Below are positions 20,101-35,100 of a DNA stretch of 39,207 bases, one piece after another. Position numbers and translations under genes: made by a program. Within the stretch, counting starts at the first letter, position 1. Each line of letters starts with the position of its first letter. The notes beneath the pieces are model-generated. The model was not told the origin of the DNA and searched no databases. It saw only the letters and a program-made list of their open reading frames with translations. Source of the DNA: Reclinomonas americana ATCC 50394 (lineage: Eukaryota); contig PS015064.1 in the NCBI GenBank assembly GCA_048213135.1, positions 62,001 to 101,207 on the forward strand. Direction: 5' to 3'.

Positions 20101-23100
20101 GAATCAAGTGACGCGCGCGAGAAACCCACAAGGTAACAGGGTGTCTCACCATCGAGCAGCGCAGACTGGTCACCCACAGTCAGTGCCGATACGCCGGCAC
20201 TCAGCGAGCCCATGGCATCCGCCACTTCACTGTCCGTAAAGTCGGTAAGGTCAAGCTGCTGCGCTCGGTCAAAACTGCCGCGGAGAAAGGCTCCATCACT
20301 CGCAGTTGTGGACGGTGCGGTCGACTCGAGAACCACAATCGTGGAGTAGACATCGACAGACGCGCCGTATACATCGCGAACCGTGACGCCGACTTGCAAG
20401 TGATTGTCGGCGAAGGCGCTTCCAGCCAGCGGGAAGATAACGCCCCGGATAACAGAAATTGTACTGGCCGTGATAAAGACCTGTGAATGAGAACGGGGAA
20501 GGGAGGTCAGCGGGAAATGAAGTGTTGCATTTTGGGGACGAACTGGCTCTCTTCAAGACCAACCTTGGTGCCAAGCGACTGGTGCACGTAAAACGGGAGG
20601 TAGGACACTGAACGCGTGCGCGCACACACAGGCAGGTGAGATACAGTTCCATTCGATGAGCACGAGAACAACAGGAGACGCACGAGGTTGATCCTTATCC
20701 ACAAAGTCAGTCATTGTGAAAGTAAAGGCGGTGAATCGGGCCACGCCACTCAGCGGCGTAATGGCAAGATTGCCAGCAGTCGGCAAATCATTGATGTCGA
20801 GTGTGATGGAAGGAATAACTGGGGCGAGGCACGTCGATCCTGCGTCGATCCTGCATTCCGCACATAGATGCGAGTTCAGTAGCACGACTGCGAATACGTC
20901 TCGCTGAATCGCTGATACCTTGCTCATACGCTCGCCACGAGAAGCTGGTGTCTGTGGGAGTGCCGAATGCAGTGGCGGTGATTGAAATCGAGCGCAGCGG
21001 ATTCAGCCGTGCAGTTGAAGCACCGACAGCCAAGGGCGACTCGGAGACCTGTGCACCCAACACCACGATGAATAACAACCGCATCTCGTACCCAAGCAAC
21101 AGAACGTCGACAAACCACTCTGAACGCGACAGATTCTCCTCCTTGGACTGTCACATCTGCGGTCGCATGCCGGGTGCGAGTTCCTCGAGTCACTGTGCAC
21201 CCGAACGAGTAGCTGCAGGGAAGAGACATGAGAAGCCCATATCCCTCCTTGCGAGGCACTCTGAGTGATACTGCCACGCAACATGCCCGGCGTGCTGAAG
21301 CCAGCAGCAATGGTCAGCACCGCAGACCGCTCCGTCGAAACAACGGATGCCCCACAGGGTGTGCCCCCGAAAGAGCATGTCCACGTGAACACCACCGGCA
21401 CGTCTCGCACCAGCGACCGAGTCCGGTCAACATCCACCATCGTGGCCTGCACAGTCACTTGTCCGCCGACACCAACCACCGGCCCCACGGCGGTCAACGA
21501 CAGCTCCAAGTCATGGAACTCTGAGTGTACAGGTGACGAAACATAACACAAAATGAGTGTGACAAGATGGCAGGTACACGCAGAATGCGCACGCAACGAG
21601 TGACAATAGTCTCCGCCGCTGGCGTCAAGTCTCCCGAGTTCGCGTCCGTGACGACAAACACGAAGAGATCGGAGTAGCCGGTGGCCGCCTCGAGGCCGGC
21701 CAGAGTGCACAGCACCGGAGTCGTCGAGGTCCTGTTGAACGTCAACCACGTGTGAATGAGAGAGTGATAAAGAGAGCGGGCAAGCACACACGGAAACTCA
21801 CCACAAGCAGGGCGATGTAGTGGGATGCCAGTCGATGAGACGCGTCCGTCCGCTTGCTGCGCGCTTCTGAATGACTTGAAAACGCGGATTCGGTCTGACC
21901 AGAGTGGCAGTCAGCGCACCAGCAAAGAGGATAATCAGTGCAGTGACACTGGAGGAGGCTCACCCTTCTGCTGCATTTGGTGGGCCGTTGGCTTGAACAA
22001 ACCTGCAAAGCACAAGCAAGATCACCACGTTCATAATCAGCCAGCTGATGACAATTTTGTAGAGCTCCCCCTCAGTGTCCCCCACTCCCCCACTTTGGCT
22101 TCTCAACGCAACACTGGAGCCGTCGTATAAGTCGGGTTGCCGGCATTCCGCATTGTCGCCGTGTGCACAAGGAGAGTTTTCCCTGCATAGCCCGCATCAG
22201 CACGCTGCGATTCGAATAGAAGATGGAAGCACGCATGCACACGCACCCAAGACCAGCTGCTGACGCCCAAAGTCGTCGTCATTGGCGAGCGCCACACTCA
22301 GCGTGTAGTTCGTGTTCGGCTGCAGCCCGGTGGCCGTACACACCACGGTGTCGGTGTATGTCGTCGGCCACGGGCACGGATTTGGCAGTCGACAGCCAGA
22401 GCACTCCGTTGACAAACACCTGCACTCGTTCGCCAGAGGTGCGCTCATGCCAAGTTGAAGATAATGACGATCGCACACTGCGTGTCAGCGTCGAAAACGT
22501 GCGTTGCATGGCAAGTGTCACATTTTCTGGGTGGCGCAACAGGTCTGTCACGGCCAGCTGGTCAGCGATGCTTGTTTCTGCAGTTTGGGGCGACGCATTC
22601 GCACAACCAGTGAGCGTAGTGGCGCAAAGTGGGAAACCACTTCTCTTCAGTGAGACTGACCAGTACCCAGCGAGTAGCTGCCTGCTCGGTGAAATGCTCC
22701 CTCAGACGGCGCAGCAGTGTAGTCGACGCAGACAGCATACCAGGATTTGAATCGATTCAATCGGAATCCGCTCAGTACAACTTCGTGAGTTGTATCCACA
22801 GACGTGGTGCTCTGCCACGCAGTCGCCAAGTCGACTGCCAGCGTGCCATTGCGTGTCGGTGCCAACAATGGCGCCACGCAGGACGTCGCCCACGGCATGC
22901 TGACATCGTCGACGGGTTCCAGTCGCACCGCCCGCAGCGAGGTCCGCGGCTCCAGTCCCAGAGTCGCGCGGCGGGATCATTTGCAGGAAGAACGAGCGGA
23001 TCAATCGTCTCCACACGTGCTGCAGTCGGGCGGGGGCGCACAAGTGAGACTCTTGCCAGTTTCATAAATGGGGGCTTGCATAACAGACCAACAAAAATGT

Positions 23101-26100
23101 ACACAGCCTCCTTGACATTGAAGAAGGCGCCATTTGGGTCGGCTGCAGCGGCGTCGAAACACAGCGAGAAAAGGCCGGCTGTTAGCCCGCTGGCCACCGT
23201 GATGAGCATGCGAGTGTCGCCATTCGTCGACTGCAGCGACACCGTGTCGGAGCTGTCAATGGTCAACGAGCCGGTGGCAACACTGGCCGCCGGCAGGACC
23301 GTGCACACTGTGGCCTCACGCTCAAAACGGACGCGGCGCAGCAGAAATTGCGGCTGCAGAGCGACGCCGCTGACGGTAAAGATGGAGTTTGGCACATTCT
23401 CGAGAACCGTCACAGGTGTGAAGGAGGCCACGGAAGCTGCGAATGCGACGCAGAGTCAGCAGAGCACCTTCAAGTGGGACAGGATGAAGGAGATAGGCTT
23501 GTCAGCGCAAGATGGGCATTGACTGCGTGCAAAGCAAGACACAAACTCTTCCCGGTGTCCGACTCAAAAGTCTCTGAAACGATGAGCGACTGTCTTTTGA
23601 CTGAGAACAGGCACCTCTTCGTTTTCACGCATCACTCTCCTTTCTCCCCTTCCTCTCCCCCCTCCCTCTCTTTCCCCACCCTCGCCACTCACCGATGGCA
23701 GCACTGCCGTACTGCACAAAGAGTGGCTGCGAGTACGCCGACAGATCGACACACACGGCATATGTGTCGAGCGGCAGCGCGCCGGCTTCAATAACAACTT
23801 GCGAGCCATCTGTGTCGTCCGCCACAGCACCAAAGAGGAACGGCATCGACACTGTGCCCGTTGCTGGACTGCTGCCAGCAGCAGCACACGTGGTCGACGC
23901 CTCAAACCGCACACTCCGCACACTCACATTCGCACGCAATCCGTCACCCGAGATCGTGAAGCGCGCGGTTGCATCTCGCCGGAAGAACAACAGCGGAGCA
24001 ACACCGACAACGTGCGGAACATACAGCTCACGCACAATCGGCGACACAGTCAGTAGTTGCTCCGGCCACTTTTGCAGTGCAGTGGTGGGTGAGTCGGAGA
24101 CGAGCTCAACGCACACCGTCCAGCGTCCGGCAGGCACACCGGCGGCAAAGAGAATTTGGAGACTGGTGAAGCTCGCATTGGCAGACAGCGCAGAGGGAGT
24201 GATGGAAGTGACCGGCGACGGAAACGTGCACGAGGCGCCGCGTTGCAGGACCACACTTCGCAGGGCGCCCACAGGATCCATGGCGAAGCCGGTGAGTGTG
24301 ACGACAGAGGAGATTGCGTTTGGAAGCACAGTGACTGGTTGCATCAGTGTGGCGATGGCTGTCACAACGTGCATGTGGGTACGGAGTGCTTGACGAAGAG
24401 GATTCACAAGACGGCAACACAAACCGACAAAGAGGCGGCGCGAGGATACTTGCGTCGGCGCACCGTCCGGAGCCGCTGCTGTCCACTTCACACAGACGCA
24501 AAAGACGCCGGTGGGAATTCCATTGTTGCCGTCCGTGTTCAGTGGCACCAAGGCGACACTGCCGTCGACCACTCCACTCGGATTCGTCACTCGCGCACCA
24601 AGTACCACCACAGACCCCGCGGGAAGTAGGTTCAACGCTGCACATGAGGGTGCGGGGGTAAAGATGACTTGATCGATGCTGCTGCTAGTCAGCCCCATCC
24701 CTGCACCACAGCGCAATCTTGAGCAAATCCCGACAGAAGAGGGACAGAGTTGCGCTACCCCATGACCCCGTCCCTCCTTCCCTGCCTCATACATACATAC
24801 CGATGATTGTCACCGGTATCAGGGATGCACTGGCGAGAAGAACTGGTGGCGAAAACGAGTCGGCTCGTCCGACCGACAACAAGAGCACGGAGGGTCCAGG
24901 GGTGAGGGTGTTTGGTGGATCGGCGGCATATTCCACACAGATCTGTGAATCGCAGTTAGACAAACTGCCATTCTGAATTCGGTGTCATCGACGTGCGCGC
25001 TGCTTACCTTATACACTGTCGGCGACAAGCCACCCTGCGGGACAATCACTTGCAACATGTCGTCGGCTGCACTTGCAGCTTGTAGCGCGCTAGCACGCAG
25101 CGGAGTCTGGTCGCACGTGCCGACAGATGCGGATGATGCCACAGGCGAAAAGTACACGTTGCGCACGGCTGCTGCAGGCCGAAGGCCCGAGCCGACCAAC
25201 ACGATCGATGAGCCAGACACGGATGCCAGCACGCTGGGTAGTGTCACCGAGACGACGCCAGCTATGCAAAGTGCAAACAGTCACGACGAGGCTGGCAACT
25301 ATCATCAACACAGCACGTCAATGTCGCTCACCCAAATTCAATACGCTGCCGACCTTGACAAATGAGGCGACAGGATTGCTGTTCAACAAGTCAATGCACA
25401 CACTCCACTGCCCAAGCAGCAGCGTCGGCATGTTGCCGATGGAAATCGTGAACGCCGGCAAGCCGTTCAGAGATGGCGCTTGCGTCATCTCCGCGACCAC
25501 AAAGTTGCGCGACAGCGATGTACTTGCGGTCTGTGCACCAACGGAACACTGCAGGCCACGCTCCATGCGAACGGCGCGAATCATGTCCAATCCAAGGCCA
25601 ATGCCCGCCAGCGTGAGAGGTGCCACGGTGCTGGCGGATGAGATAAAGTCGGGCGAAAACATCGTGACACCTGTGCACGAAAAATCAGGATGAATGAAAA
25701 GATTCTCCTCCGACCAACTCGCCACACACCGCGGCTGCAAATGCTTGTGAACTTGAAGAGCGGAGGACACGTGCATGACCCGTCGCCAGCGACACCAGAG
25801 TTGCATACGCCGCCATTCTGGCACGGGCAAGCTGTGGAAGACAAATATAGACGCATTGGCTAGCAGTACAGGAAACAAGAGGGCACAAAGGACTCACGGG
25901 TGCAAACTGGGCCATACGCGACCGAAGAGCAGTCAGACGTGGTAAACGACTGAATGCTGCCTCGCTGCATCGACGATGCATCCAGGATGCGATAATAGTA
26001 CGTGGTGAGTGGGAACAGATTTTGAACGGTCGCCGTGACAACCACACTGCTGGTGGATGGTGATGGAGTGGCGTCGACGGTGGCAACAGGTACTGACAGA

Positions 26101-29100
26101 CTGCGAACAACTCGAGCACTGGTGTTCTGATCTACAACAGTGGTACAAGGAGCACCAGTCAGAATGGAGTTGCACCACTGTAGCTGGTGGGTGAAGAAAC
26201 CAAACCGGAGATTGCCAGAATGCGAGTCCGTGGTTCGAATGCGACACCCACCTACGAATACGTGCGTGGTGAGCAGAACAGAATACATTTCTCCTGCAGC
26301 ACGTACAACTTACTGGAGTGCGAAAAGTGGCAGTGAGTGGAGAGCCATTATCGTCGCCAGCTTGCCCAGTGCCGGCCACTGTTGTGACTCCAGATCCGTC
26401 AATAACACGAACGCGCTTGGTTCCGTACTAATCGCAGCAAAACGTAGCACTGAGTAATCGTTGCGCATACGACACGTGGAAGAGGCGTAACAGCGATTAC
26501 GCAACGTCAACAACGTACAAATTTCCAGTAATTGGATCCAGGGTGATGCCCTTTGCAGTTGTGAACAGTGCGTCGGTCCCCGCACCGTCCATGTAACCAG
26601 GACTGATAGGGTTACCAACAATGAGGGTGGCCACAAATGTGGCGGTGTCAACCCGGAAAATTCCGTGATTTCCACTGTCGCACACGTACAGGAAACCGCG
26701 CAGCTTGTCGAAGGCTACTTGCTGCAACTGCGTAGTCAGAGCCACGGTGGACGTTATTGCTGGAGTTGTGATCGCTCCGTTATCAATATTAACACATCTG
26801 CGACAGCATTGTTCAAGTGTCAGCATTGCGATCATGCTCTGTGTCGCCGATGGCAGTCCAGTGAGCCGAACCGAAGCGGGCCTGAGTGCGATACAAAGGC
26901 CACGCGAGATGCGAAGTCTACCGCGATACCCAGCGGAACAGAAAACTGGCCACTGGCCAGCGTGGTGACTTGTCCACCAGTCAGTTTTCGCACAGCGTTG
27001 TTGCTCTGCAGTGAGAATGCTTAAGTATGAATCAGTTGATCCTGAGCTCAGCGAGCAAGTAACTGTGTCAGCAATGTACACCTCCGTTCCTAGAGGATCT
27101 ACTGCCACTGCATTCGGGCTGCGAGAGACAACGGTTAGCATCCTTGCTCACCAATGTAATCGCCTGCAAGCAGCAATACTGACCCATTGAACAAGGCTGA
27201 TGTCGCCGGTCCATTCGTAAGTCCCGGAGAGTTGTACACTCCGGCGATGGTTGACACGACGGCTCCGGGACTGATCTTCCTGATTGTTTGACGACTGTAG
27301 TGGTATTCGTGTGAGGCAAAGTGCAGGCGGAATCAGCTATAGGTCAACTTCAGTAAGTCACGCACACTAAATCCGGGATGTAGATATTGCCAATGTCATC
27401 GGCGGCGCCAGCCTGTCAGTCGAGTAACAACATAAGCCAACCCCCTGCTCGCCAAAGAGGGAGAAAAATGAGAACGCAACGCCCGGCCCGCCAAATCGTG
27501 CCGCCGATCCAACGCCATCATCTGGGCCGTTCTGCCCAAATGCTCCAGCTAGCGTGCCCACCACCGGCTGTGCGTCGAACGGCGAAGTCGACAGCTCAAA
27601 CCGTGGAGTCACGCCACTGGATTGCACTCTGCCGAGCAGGGTGGCACTAGTGATAGTGATGTCCCCAACAGATAGCGTGCTCACAATTCCCGCGGCTGTG
27701 AGGTGATAGAAAACCTGTCAGGGAAAGCAATGCGCAGGTAGGGCAGGGTACGGTGGTCACGGTACGCAACTGACAGGCTGGAGCGGCGAACGAGTGGAAA
27801 AGGCAACAATCAAGCCTCGTGCTGATACAATGTTGGTGGCACGGAAGAAGTACGTTGCAGATGGAAACAGTGGCGTGGTCAGCGATGCGATGCGCGTCGC
27901 AATAGAGCTGGTGGGCGGCATGGCACTTAGGCGCCAGGAGGGGAGTGCAAGAAGGCGGATGGCGTGATTGCTGGAATAAGCCAGAAGGAGGGAGCGTGTG
28001 AGTATAAACGCTAGACCATGCAAAGCGTCGACACCAACGAGCAGCACCTGCCACAAACAGGCCCCCTCGAATCCAGGCCACACCATTCTGTGAGTGAGCA
28101 CCCTGGTAAGCATCGCTGCGGGTCAACCCCATACAAGACATTGACCAATTCATACCGGCAAGTTGAGTCGCGATGACCCAGCAAACCCATCAGCAGTGCC
28201 TGGTACAGTAGCCAAGCCAGCCAAGGTGCTGACTTGCGCTTTAATGGGGTCGATCTGTCGAATGGCGGAATTGTTTGTCTGCGACAGCACACTGTTGGGT
28301 CTATCGGCTCTACTGCAGTGCATGGCTCGAGCAGGGACGCAACATCTGCAACGTAGACCACGTTATCAAGGCTGACGGTGATGCCCGCTGGACTATTGAA
28401 TCGTGACACGCTGGTTGCCGCTCCATCCGCAGAGCCGACGCTGCCGGATATACCAGCCAACGTGGAAACCGTGGCAGTGGCCAGAATAATTTTGCGAATG
28501 GTGTGGTTACCAGTGTCTGCCACATACAGCAGCGTGTCCGCACTCGCCAGCGCCACTGCACTTGGCGTATTGAGCCGTGCAGCAGATCCTACTCCATCTG
28601 TGCTAACAGCTGAACCGGACGCGCCAGCAACAACTTGCGTAGCTCCAGCTAGTGTCACAGACCTGAGAAGTGCAGCATGGTGACGATTTAGTTCCACGGC
28701 AAGAGGGTGCATGAATTTATGTGGAGAGTACGTACAGAATAGTGTGGTGGCCGCTGTCGGCCACGTACACCAGCTGGTTCGCGGTAATGGCCAATCCGCG
28801 AGGCGCAGACAAATTAAGATTCGTGGTCAGGGTATCCACTGTGACACCACTGATGCGCCGCACATTGGTGTTACCGTCCTGGAAGCACATCATGTGAGGC
28901 GATGATGATGCGCAATGTGAGGGAGCGAGACACCAAAACCTCCACGACAAATGTGTCGCCGGTGACTTGGTGCACGGCAACGCCTGTGGGACTGTTTGTG
29001 CCATACAGGTCAATGAGCGGGTTTGACATAATGCGCAGAAATATGGTCCGAATACCTCGAGAACATGGCTGACGACACGGATCCATCCAGAGTTCCAGGC

Positions 29101-32100
29101 TGACCAGTGCCGGCAATTGTCGACACCAGGCCACTAAAACTCATTCGCCGAATCTTGTGGTTGCTGCGCATCGAATGAGCGGAGGCAGCGAACCGTGACA
29201 AGCGGAATCGATGCAACGCAACTTTCGATCCGCAATGACCATAGAGCCAGTCGACGCATCCGCTGCAATGCCCTGCAAACCTCTGATGTTCAGCAAGCGG
29301 AAACCACATGACAGCTTCCCCGATCGCTTCATGCTCACCCATGGAATGGAGAACGCGGCGCTTGCTCCTTGTCCATCTGCTGCACCGGAGATGCCAGGCG
29401 CGCCAGCAATCGTCGACAGCAGCGTAACACCAGACGCAAATGTGGATGGCGACAGCGAGACATCGAAAGCGCCTGTCATCTGGACACCGACGCCGTTCGG
29501 GTCGATGAAACCATTGAGAATCGCTGTGGTGGTGGTGACAGCAGTGGCGACATTGGTGGTGGCTACGGGAACTATGGACAAGTGTGGTAAGGAAACAATA
29601 ATTACGTGCTTAATCAAGCATCCAGAACTGCACTCGTACTCACAGAGCACAACAGAGAATGCCTGGGTGGTGAACTGCAAAACAGAGCCGACTCGATTAC
29701 TGTTTGTGTCTACGGCTCGGAAGACGTATGCTGTCGACGGCAGAAGAGAGGAGACTGTCGCAGAAAAGCTCGTTGGCGTGGTTGCAGTGGACGGACTTGC
29801 CGTAATCGTCACCGGCGGCAACACGGCCAGTCGCAGGGAGCCATTGTCGGAGTCTGGCACGGCAGTCGTGCATCAGACAGCAGTCAAGGGTCAAGAAGGA
29901 CAGCAAGAAATGACTCACCGGCAATCACCAAGCCGTGTGCAAATGCAGCCAACCCGCGCTGTGCCTTGGCGTGAGCTCTTGGTGTGCGCCGAACACCGAC
30001 AATGTCTTGACACACTCACCACAGTGCTCAGACGCGACGTATTGCCTGCCCCGTCAACAAACCCCGCCGTTGCAACGACGCCAAGCAGCGTGGACACTCT
30101 ATCGCCACAAATGCGACACATTAGTAAATGCTCCAATCTCGACATACCCACCACCAAGCACGCAGCGCAACGTCAGCAACATACAGCGTGTTTCCATCCG
30201 TACTGGTAGCAATGTGCGCCGGCAACTGGAACATTGCGGAGGTAAGTGTCCCGTCAAGAGCCCCGGAGACACCCACTTTGCCGGCGACAAGTGAGACGGT
30301 GGCGGTGTTCAAGTCGATCTTGCGAATGACCCGATTGCCCTGATCTACCACATAGAGAGCGCTACCATCTGCGGCAAGTGACACCGCGGAAGGGGAATTG
30401 AAACGCGCACTCGCGCCGACTCCATTCACTGAGCCACTAACGCCGGGAGCCCCAGCGACAATCGTCACTGACCCAGCAAATGCAAGGCGCCTGTGAAGCA
30501 AAGCGGATGTGAGTAAAGCGACAATAACAAAGCGTCGTCCGTCCGCAGCATGCCCAACCGAATCGTATGGTCGAGAGCATCCGCCACGTACACACACTCG
30601 TGTGCAAATGACCCGTCAACGGCGATGCCCTGCGGCAACCTGAAGTCGCTGCTAACGGTGGATACTTGGCCATTGGCAATCTTGCGCAGCGAATGGCTAC
30701 CCTCCTGTGACCACGGACAATGGATGAGAACATCACATCACCTATGGGCTAACCTGGTGCAGTGCAGACTCACTTCAGCGACATACACCTCGCGATTCTG
30801 ACTGTCAAATCCAACCCCCGTTGGGCTGTGAACAGCAATGAGAAGACGATCAGCATCGTGTGTGCACATGACGCCAGTCATTATCCAGTGCAGACCACGC
30901 ACCGTGAGAAACGTGCTGTTTCCGCCGGACCATCGACGCTGCCAACAGCCCCAGTACCCGCCAACAACGTGACCGTGCCGGCGAGCGTCACCGTCCGCAC
31001 GACATTGGCTCTGTTGGGTGTGTGATAAAAGCATCAGTGGATGACTGCGAGGAAGGGCGGATAAACATGACGCACTGATAGTCGGTGACGAAGAACGTTG
31101 CGCTGCTTGCATCCAATGCCACGCCCTAATTTTTCATCAGATAAAGGAAACGGATGTTATGACACGCTTACCGGCAACAAGCATCCTCACTGCATGAGCC
31201 TGACGCACCCATGGACTCGTGAATGCCCCGCTGCTGGAAGCAACCAGGGTGGACAGGACAGGCACCGAGCTGCCAATGGCGGCGGACGAGAGAGCAAAAT
31301 TGAAAGCATTGCTGGTGCCGCCAGTATCAACTGTTGCATTCAGAACAGCGCTGGTTGCGGTGACTGACGACGCAGCCAGCGTGCTCACATTGGGTGCTGT
31401 GAGGCAAGGAAATGAGTACCAGCGTCAACTCCACACGGACTGTCGACTTGCTCACAAACCCGCACTCGCCGGCATCGTGGTAAACTGACTTGACTGGGGG
31501 CGAGCCGACAAGTCGGAGAGACTGACAAATCGATACACGTATGTCGTCGACGGCAGCAATTGCCACACACTCAATAAAGCCGAAAAGCTGGTGCCACCAC
31601 TGCTACTGAAAGGGCTGATAGCGGTCACGTTGGGTGGGATGGTGACAAGCCGTATCCGTGAAGATCCACCATCTGTTTTACACCGAACACGATGAGTTCA
31701 ACACCTTTCACCATGAACGAGGAGATCATCAGCACACAAATGCACCAGAAACAAACAGAGTGCCATGCATGGCTGACATCATGCCCGGCGAACTGAATGT
31801 GGCGTTGACGCCGTAGCCGTCGACGGCAGCAATGGTTGCGGAGGATGCTCCTGCAACAACTATTAACTGACTGCCGGCGACATATCGGATGCAATTGTTG
31901 CCCGTCTGTAAGCCGCAACCATTAGCTTGATCGTAAAGAGGGGCAGCGAGAGAGACGGAGATCATATGAGACGCAACATCAGCCACGAATATAGTCAGTG
32001 CATCTGGGTAAACGACGACGCCGGTAGGGTTATTCAAGAGTGTGCCAGAGGCGCCAGACATGCCCGGCAGACCAGCAACGAGAGTGACAATGAATGTGCT

Positions 32101-35100
32101 CAGGTCCACTGCGCGGATCACGTGGTTGCCACTATCGGCCACCAACAGTCGCTTTGCCGTTGAATCCAGTGCGATTCCAGTTGGTTGATTAAATGAAGCC
32201 GTGGTGGCAACACCATTTGCGTATCCGCTGCTTCCTCGAGTACCAGCCAGCACGCTTGCAAGCCCACTGGCAGAGACGCGACTGCGACACGAAGACGATG
32301 AGACAGGTGGTGCAGCAAGCGTGTCGCCCCACCGGGCGGAAAACGCACAAGATAACGTGCAGCGCAGCATCGGCCACATAGAACTCGCCACCGGCAAATT
32401 CGGCGACCGCAACTCCTCGAGGAGCCTGAAAATCAGTCGTCACTGTGGACACTTGACTCGCTGACAAGCGACGAAGGCTGCGGTTGCCATCCTACAATAT
32501 CACAACAACAATGACGACACGCGCACAGGCGCCGAGAACATAGCTTCGAATTGGCGCACCTCGGTAACAAGAATGTCGCCATTGCGTCCATCGACAACTA
32601 CGCCAAACGGTCTGCGACAAACGTGGTCATACAAGCAGCCCGTCACCCGCAGCACATCATGCAGCATACGCACCGAGAGAAGCTGGCCGCAGCATATGGA
32701 CCATCTGACGAGCCCGAGACACCGAGAGTGCCGGCAAGCGTGCTCACGCTGCCATCCGTACCCACTGATCGGATCACATGGTTGCTGCACAAAGGAAAGA
32801 AAGGTGAGTCCGACCTCGCAAGGGAGCAAGGGCAAAAACACACATGTACACAGGCGGTACGAGCGTACTTTGTATCGCACACGACAATGCGACCGGAGGT
32901 CCAGTCCACCGCCACTCCCTGTTGTGATTGCCAATTACAATGCAAGTAAGGTCGCGAGTCTGGTCACAATGGACAACGTTGAACAACACACCATGGGCGA
33001 CGACAACGACAGTCTGCTGTCCACTGCCGATGACCCAGCTAGTGTGGACACTGTGGTCGCACCACTGCCGAAAAGATCGGCCGACGTGGTCAGCTCGAAA
33101 CAGAAAGAGTTGGCCGAAGAGCTTGTGAGGGTTGCTGTGCCGGTCAATGTGGCCGAATTCAAACCGACACTGCTGGCGGAGTTTGTGGTCAACAAAGTCA
33201 CTGAGATGAGCACACGAAAAGTGAGTAATCAGCGTGCCAGTTGTCCCGGGTCAGAAATGTTTGACTGTCACCCACCGAGATTCGTGGTGACAGAGGCCGT
33301 GGACGATCGAAAAGGCGAGTTCAGGTCTACGACACGGTAGGTGTATGACAAGCCCGAAACTAGTGCGACGCTAGCCGTCAGAGTGACCGACGTGGATCCA
33401 GTCGCAGTGGCGGGCGTCGTGGCGTATGGACTCGGCGGCAGCGTGATGATTCGGATGGCACTGTCGCCAGTGACAGTATCGTTTGTCGTCAGTGTCACAG
33501 TGGAGCCCTCGACGACTACGCCGTGCTGCAGAATGGGGAAAATGGCGCAAAATGAGACAGCTTCCTCGTTGACTACATGCAAGGCAGATCGTACCGGTGT
33601 TGGGAAAGATGCAGAGGTGAGTGGTCCATCATTGGCGGTGGACCAAGCTGGTGAACCTGCAAGTGTGCTCACACTACCGGATGCCGCAATCACCCGCACC
33701 GTGTGATTGCCAGCCTGGCGCGACAGAAAACGATGTAAATCTTACGCTTGTTGATGAGCACCACCAGCACACCAAGGCGACTCACCTCCACAACGAACAG
33801 AGAGCCTGAGAGATGCTCGAATGCCACTCCTATCGGATCGCGGAAGAAGGCACCACCCGGAGCACCATCAGTATATCCCGGTGACGACGACTGACCGGCC
33901 ACTGTAGTGACTGCCATGGTGGCCAGCACGATCTTGCGCACGATGAGGTTGCCGGTGTCGGCGACGTAGAGCACTTTCTGATTCGAGTCCAGGGCGAGAC
34001 CGATCGGTGAATGAAATGAGGCGCCGGTGCCTACAGCGTCTGTACTGCCCGGAACACCGACCGAGCCGGCGATGGTGGCCACCAGTCCTCGGAAAGACAC
34101 ACGACTGTGGCGAACACAATCAGTGTGCGCGCGAATGCGTGCAACAAGCGGTCTGCACGAACGGACGCCAGTAGCTCACCGCACGGTATGCAACGAGTCG
34201 GTGACGAACAGGCATTCACGATCGGCGAGCGAATCCACAGCAATGCCTCGTGGCTCCGTGAATCGCGCGTCGCTGCGAATGCCGTCATCGTGACCGGCTG
34301 CGCCGGCAACAGAGCCCGCCAGGGTCGAAAGCACACCAGCGGACAGCTTGCGAATGGCATTGTTGCCGCTCTGTATCCAGGGTTGAGAGGCGCGCACGTC
34401 TGCAACACCCGGAGGAGAGACAGACAACTGCTACATACATCAACAATAAAAACGTCTCCAGTTCCCCGGTCGATCCCAACAGAAGTCGGACTGGGTGGGA
34501 GACCCAAAGTCAGCCCTGTCACTAAACGTTGCTTCGCATGCACTGAGTGAATCACAGACCTGGACAACAGAGCACTGGTCGCCGCGCCTTCGACAAAGCC
34601 GGCGACGCCAATCTGACCGGCGAGAATCGTCTGGACTCCGATGGCCGACACGGAACGAACAACGTGATCTCTGAGAGGCGAGTATAGAGGCCAGTGAGAT
34701 GAAAGCAAAACAATGCATAGACACACAAAGGATCTTTTCAGTCTCGCGTGAAGGTGCGTGCAAGCCAGCTCGCAAATCACCTCGCATCAGCCACAAGGAC
34801 GCTACCGCTCCCGTCCACAGCCAAACCCTGCGCCGAGTACCGAGAGGTAAGCACATGCATAATCTCACAGCCAGTCGAGATGAAGTTGCCACCAACCATA
34901 AAGCCGACTATTGCAGCGGGATCCGACGGAGGTGGCGGAGCTCGCGTGACAGTCTTCAAGGTCGATACCAGTGGAGCATCGCCAAATGCATCTGGCGACC
35001 TTGCCACCTGCACGGTGCCCTGAACAGGGAATCCATTTTGAGGGTTAACACGCGCGCTGAAGGTAGCGGCCGTAAGCGCGCGAGTCAGCGAGTTTGTCGA

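Noticed and set aside
30095-30171. A ninth GTTGCG donor after YVAD
   Set aside because: The obvious TAG acceptor is out of frame and the alternatives are ambiguous, so it was left out of the count pending cDNA.
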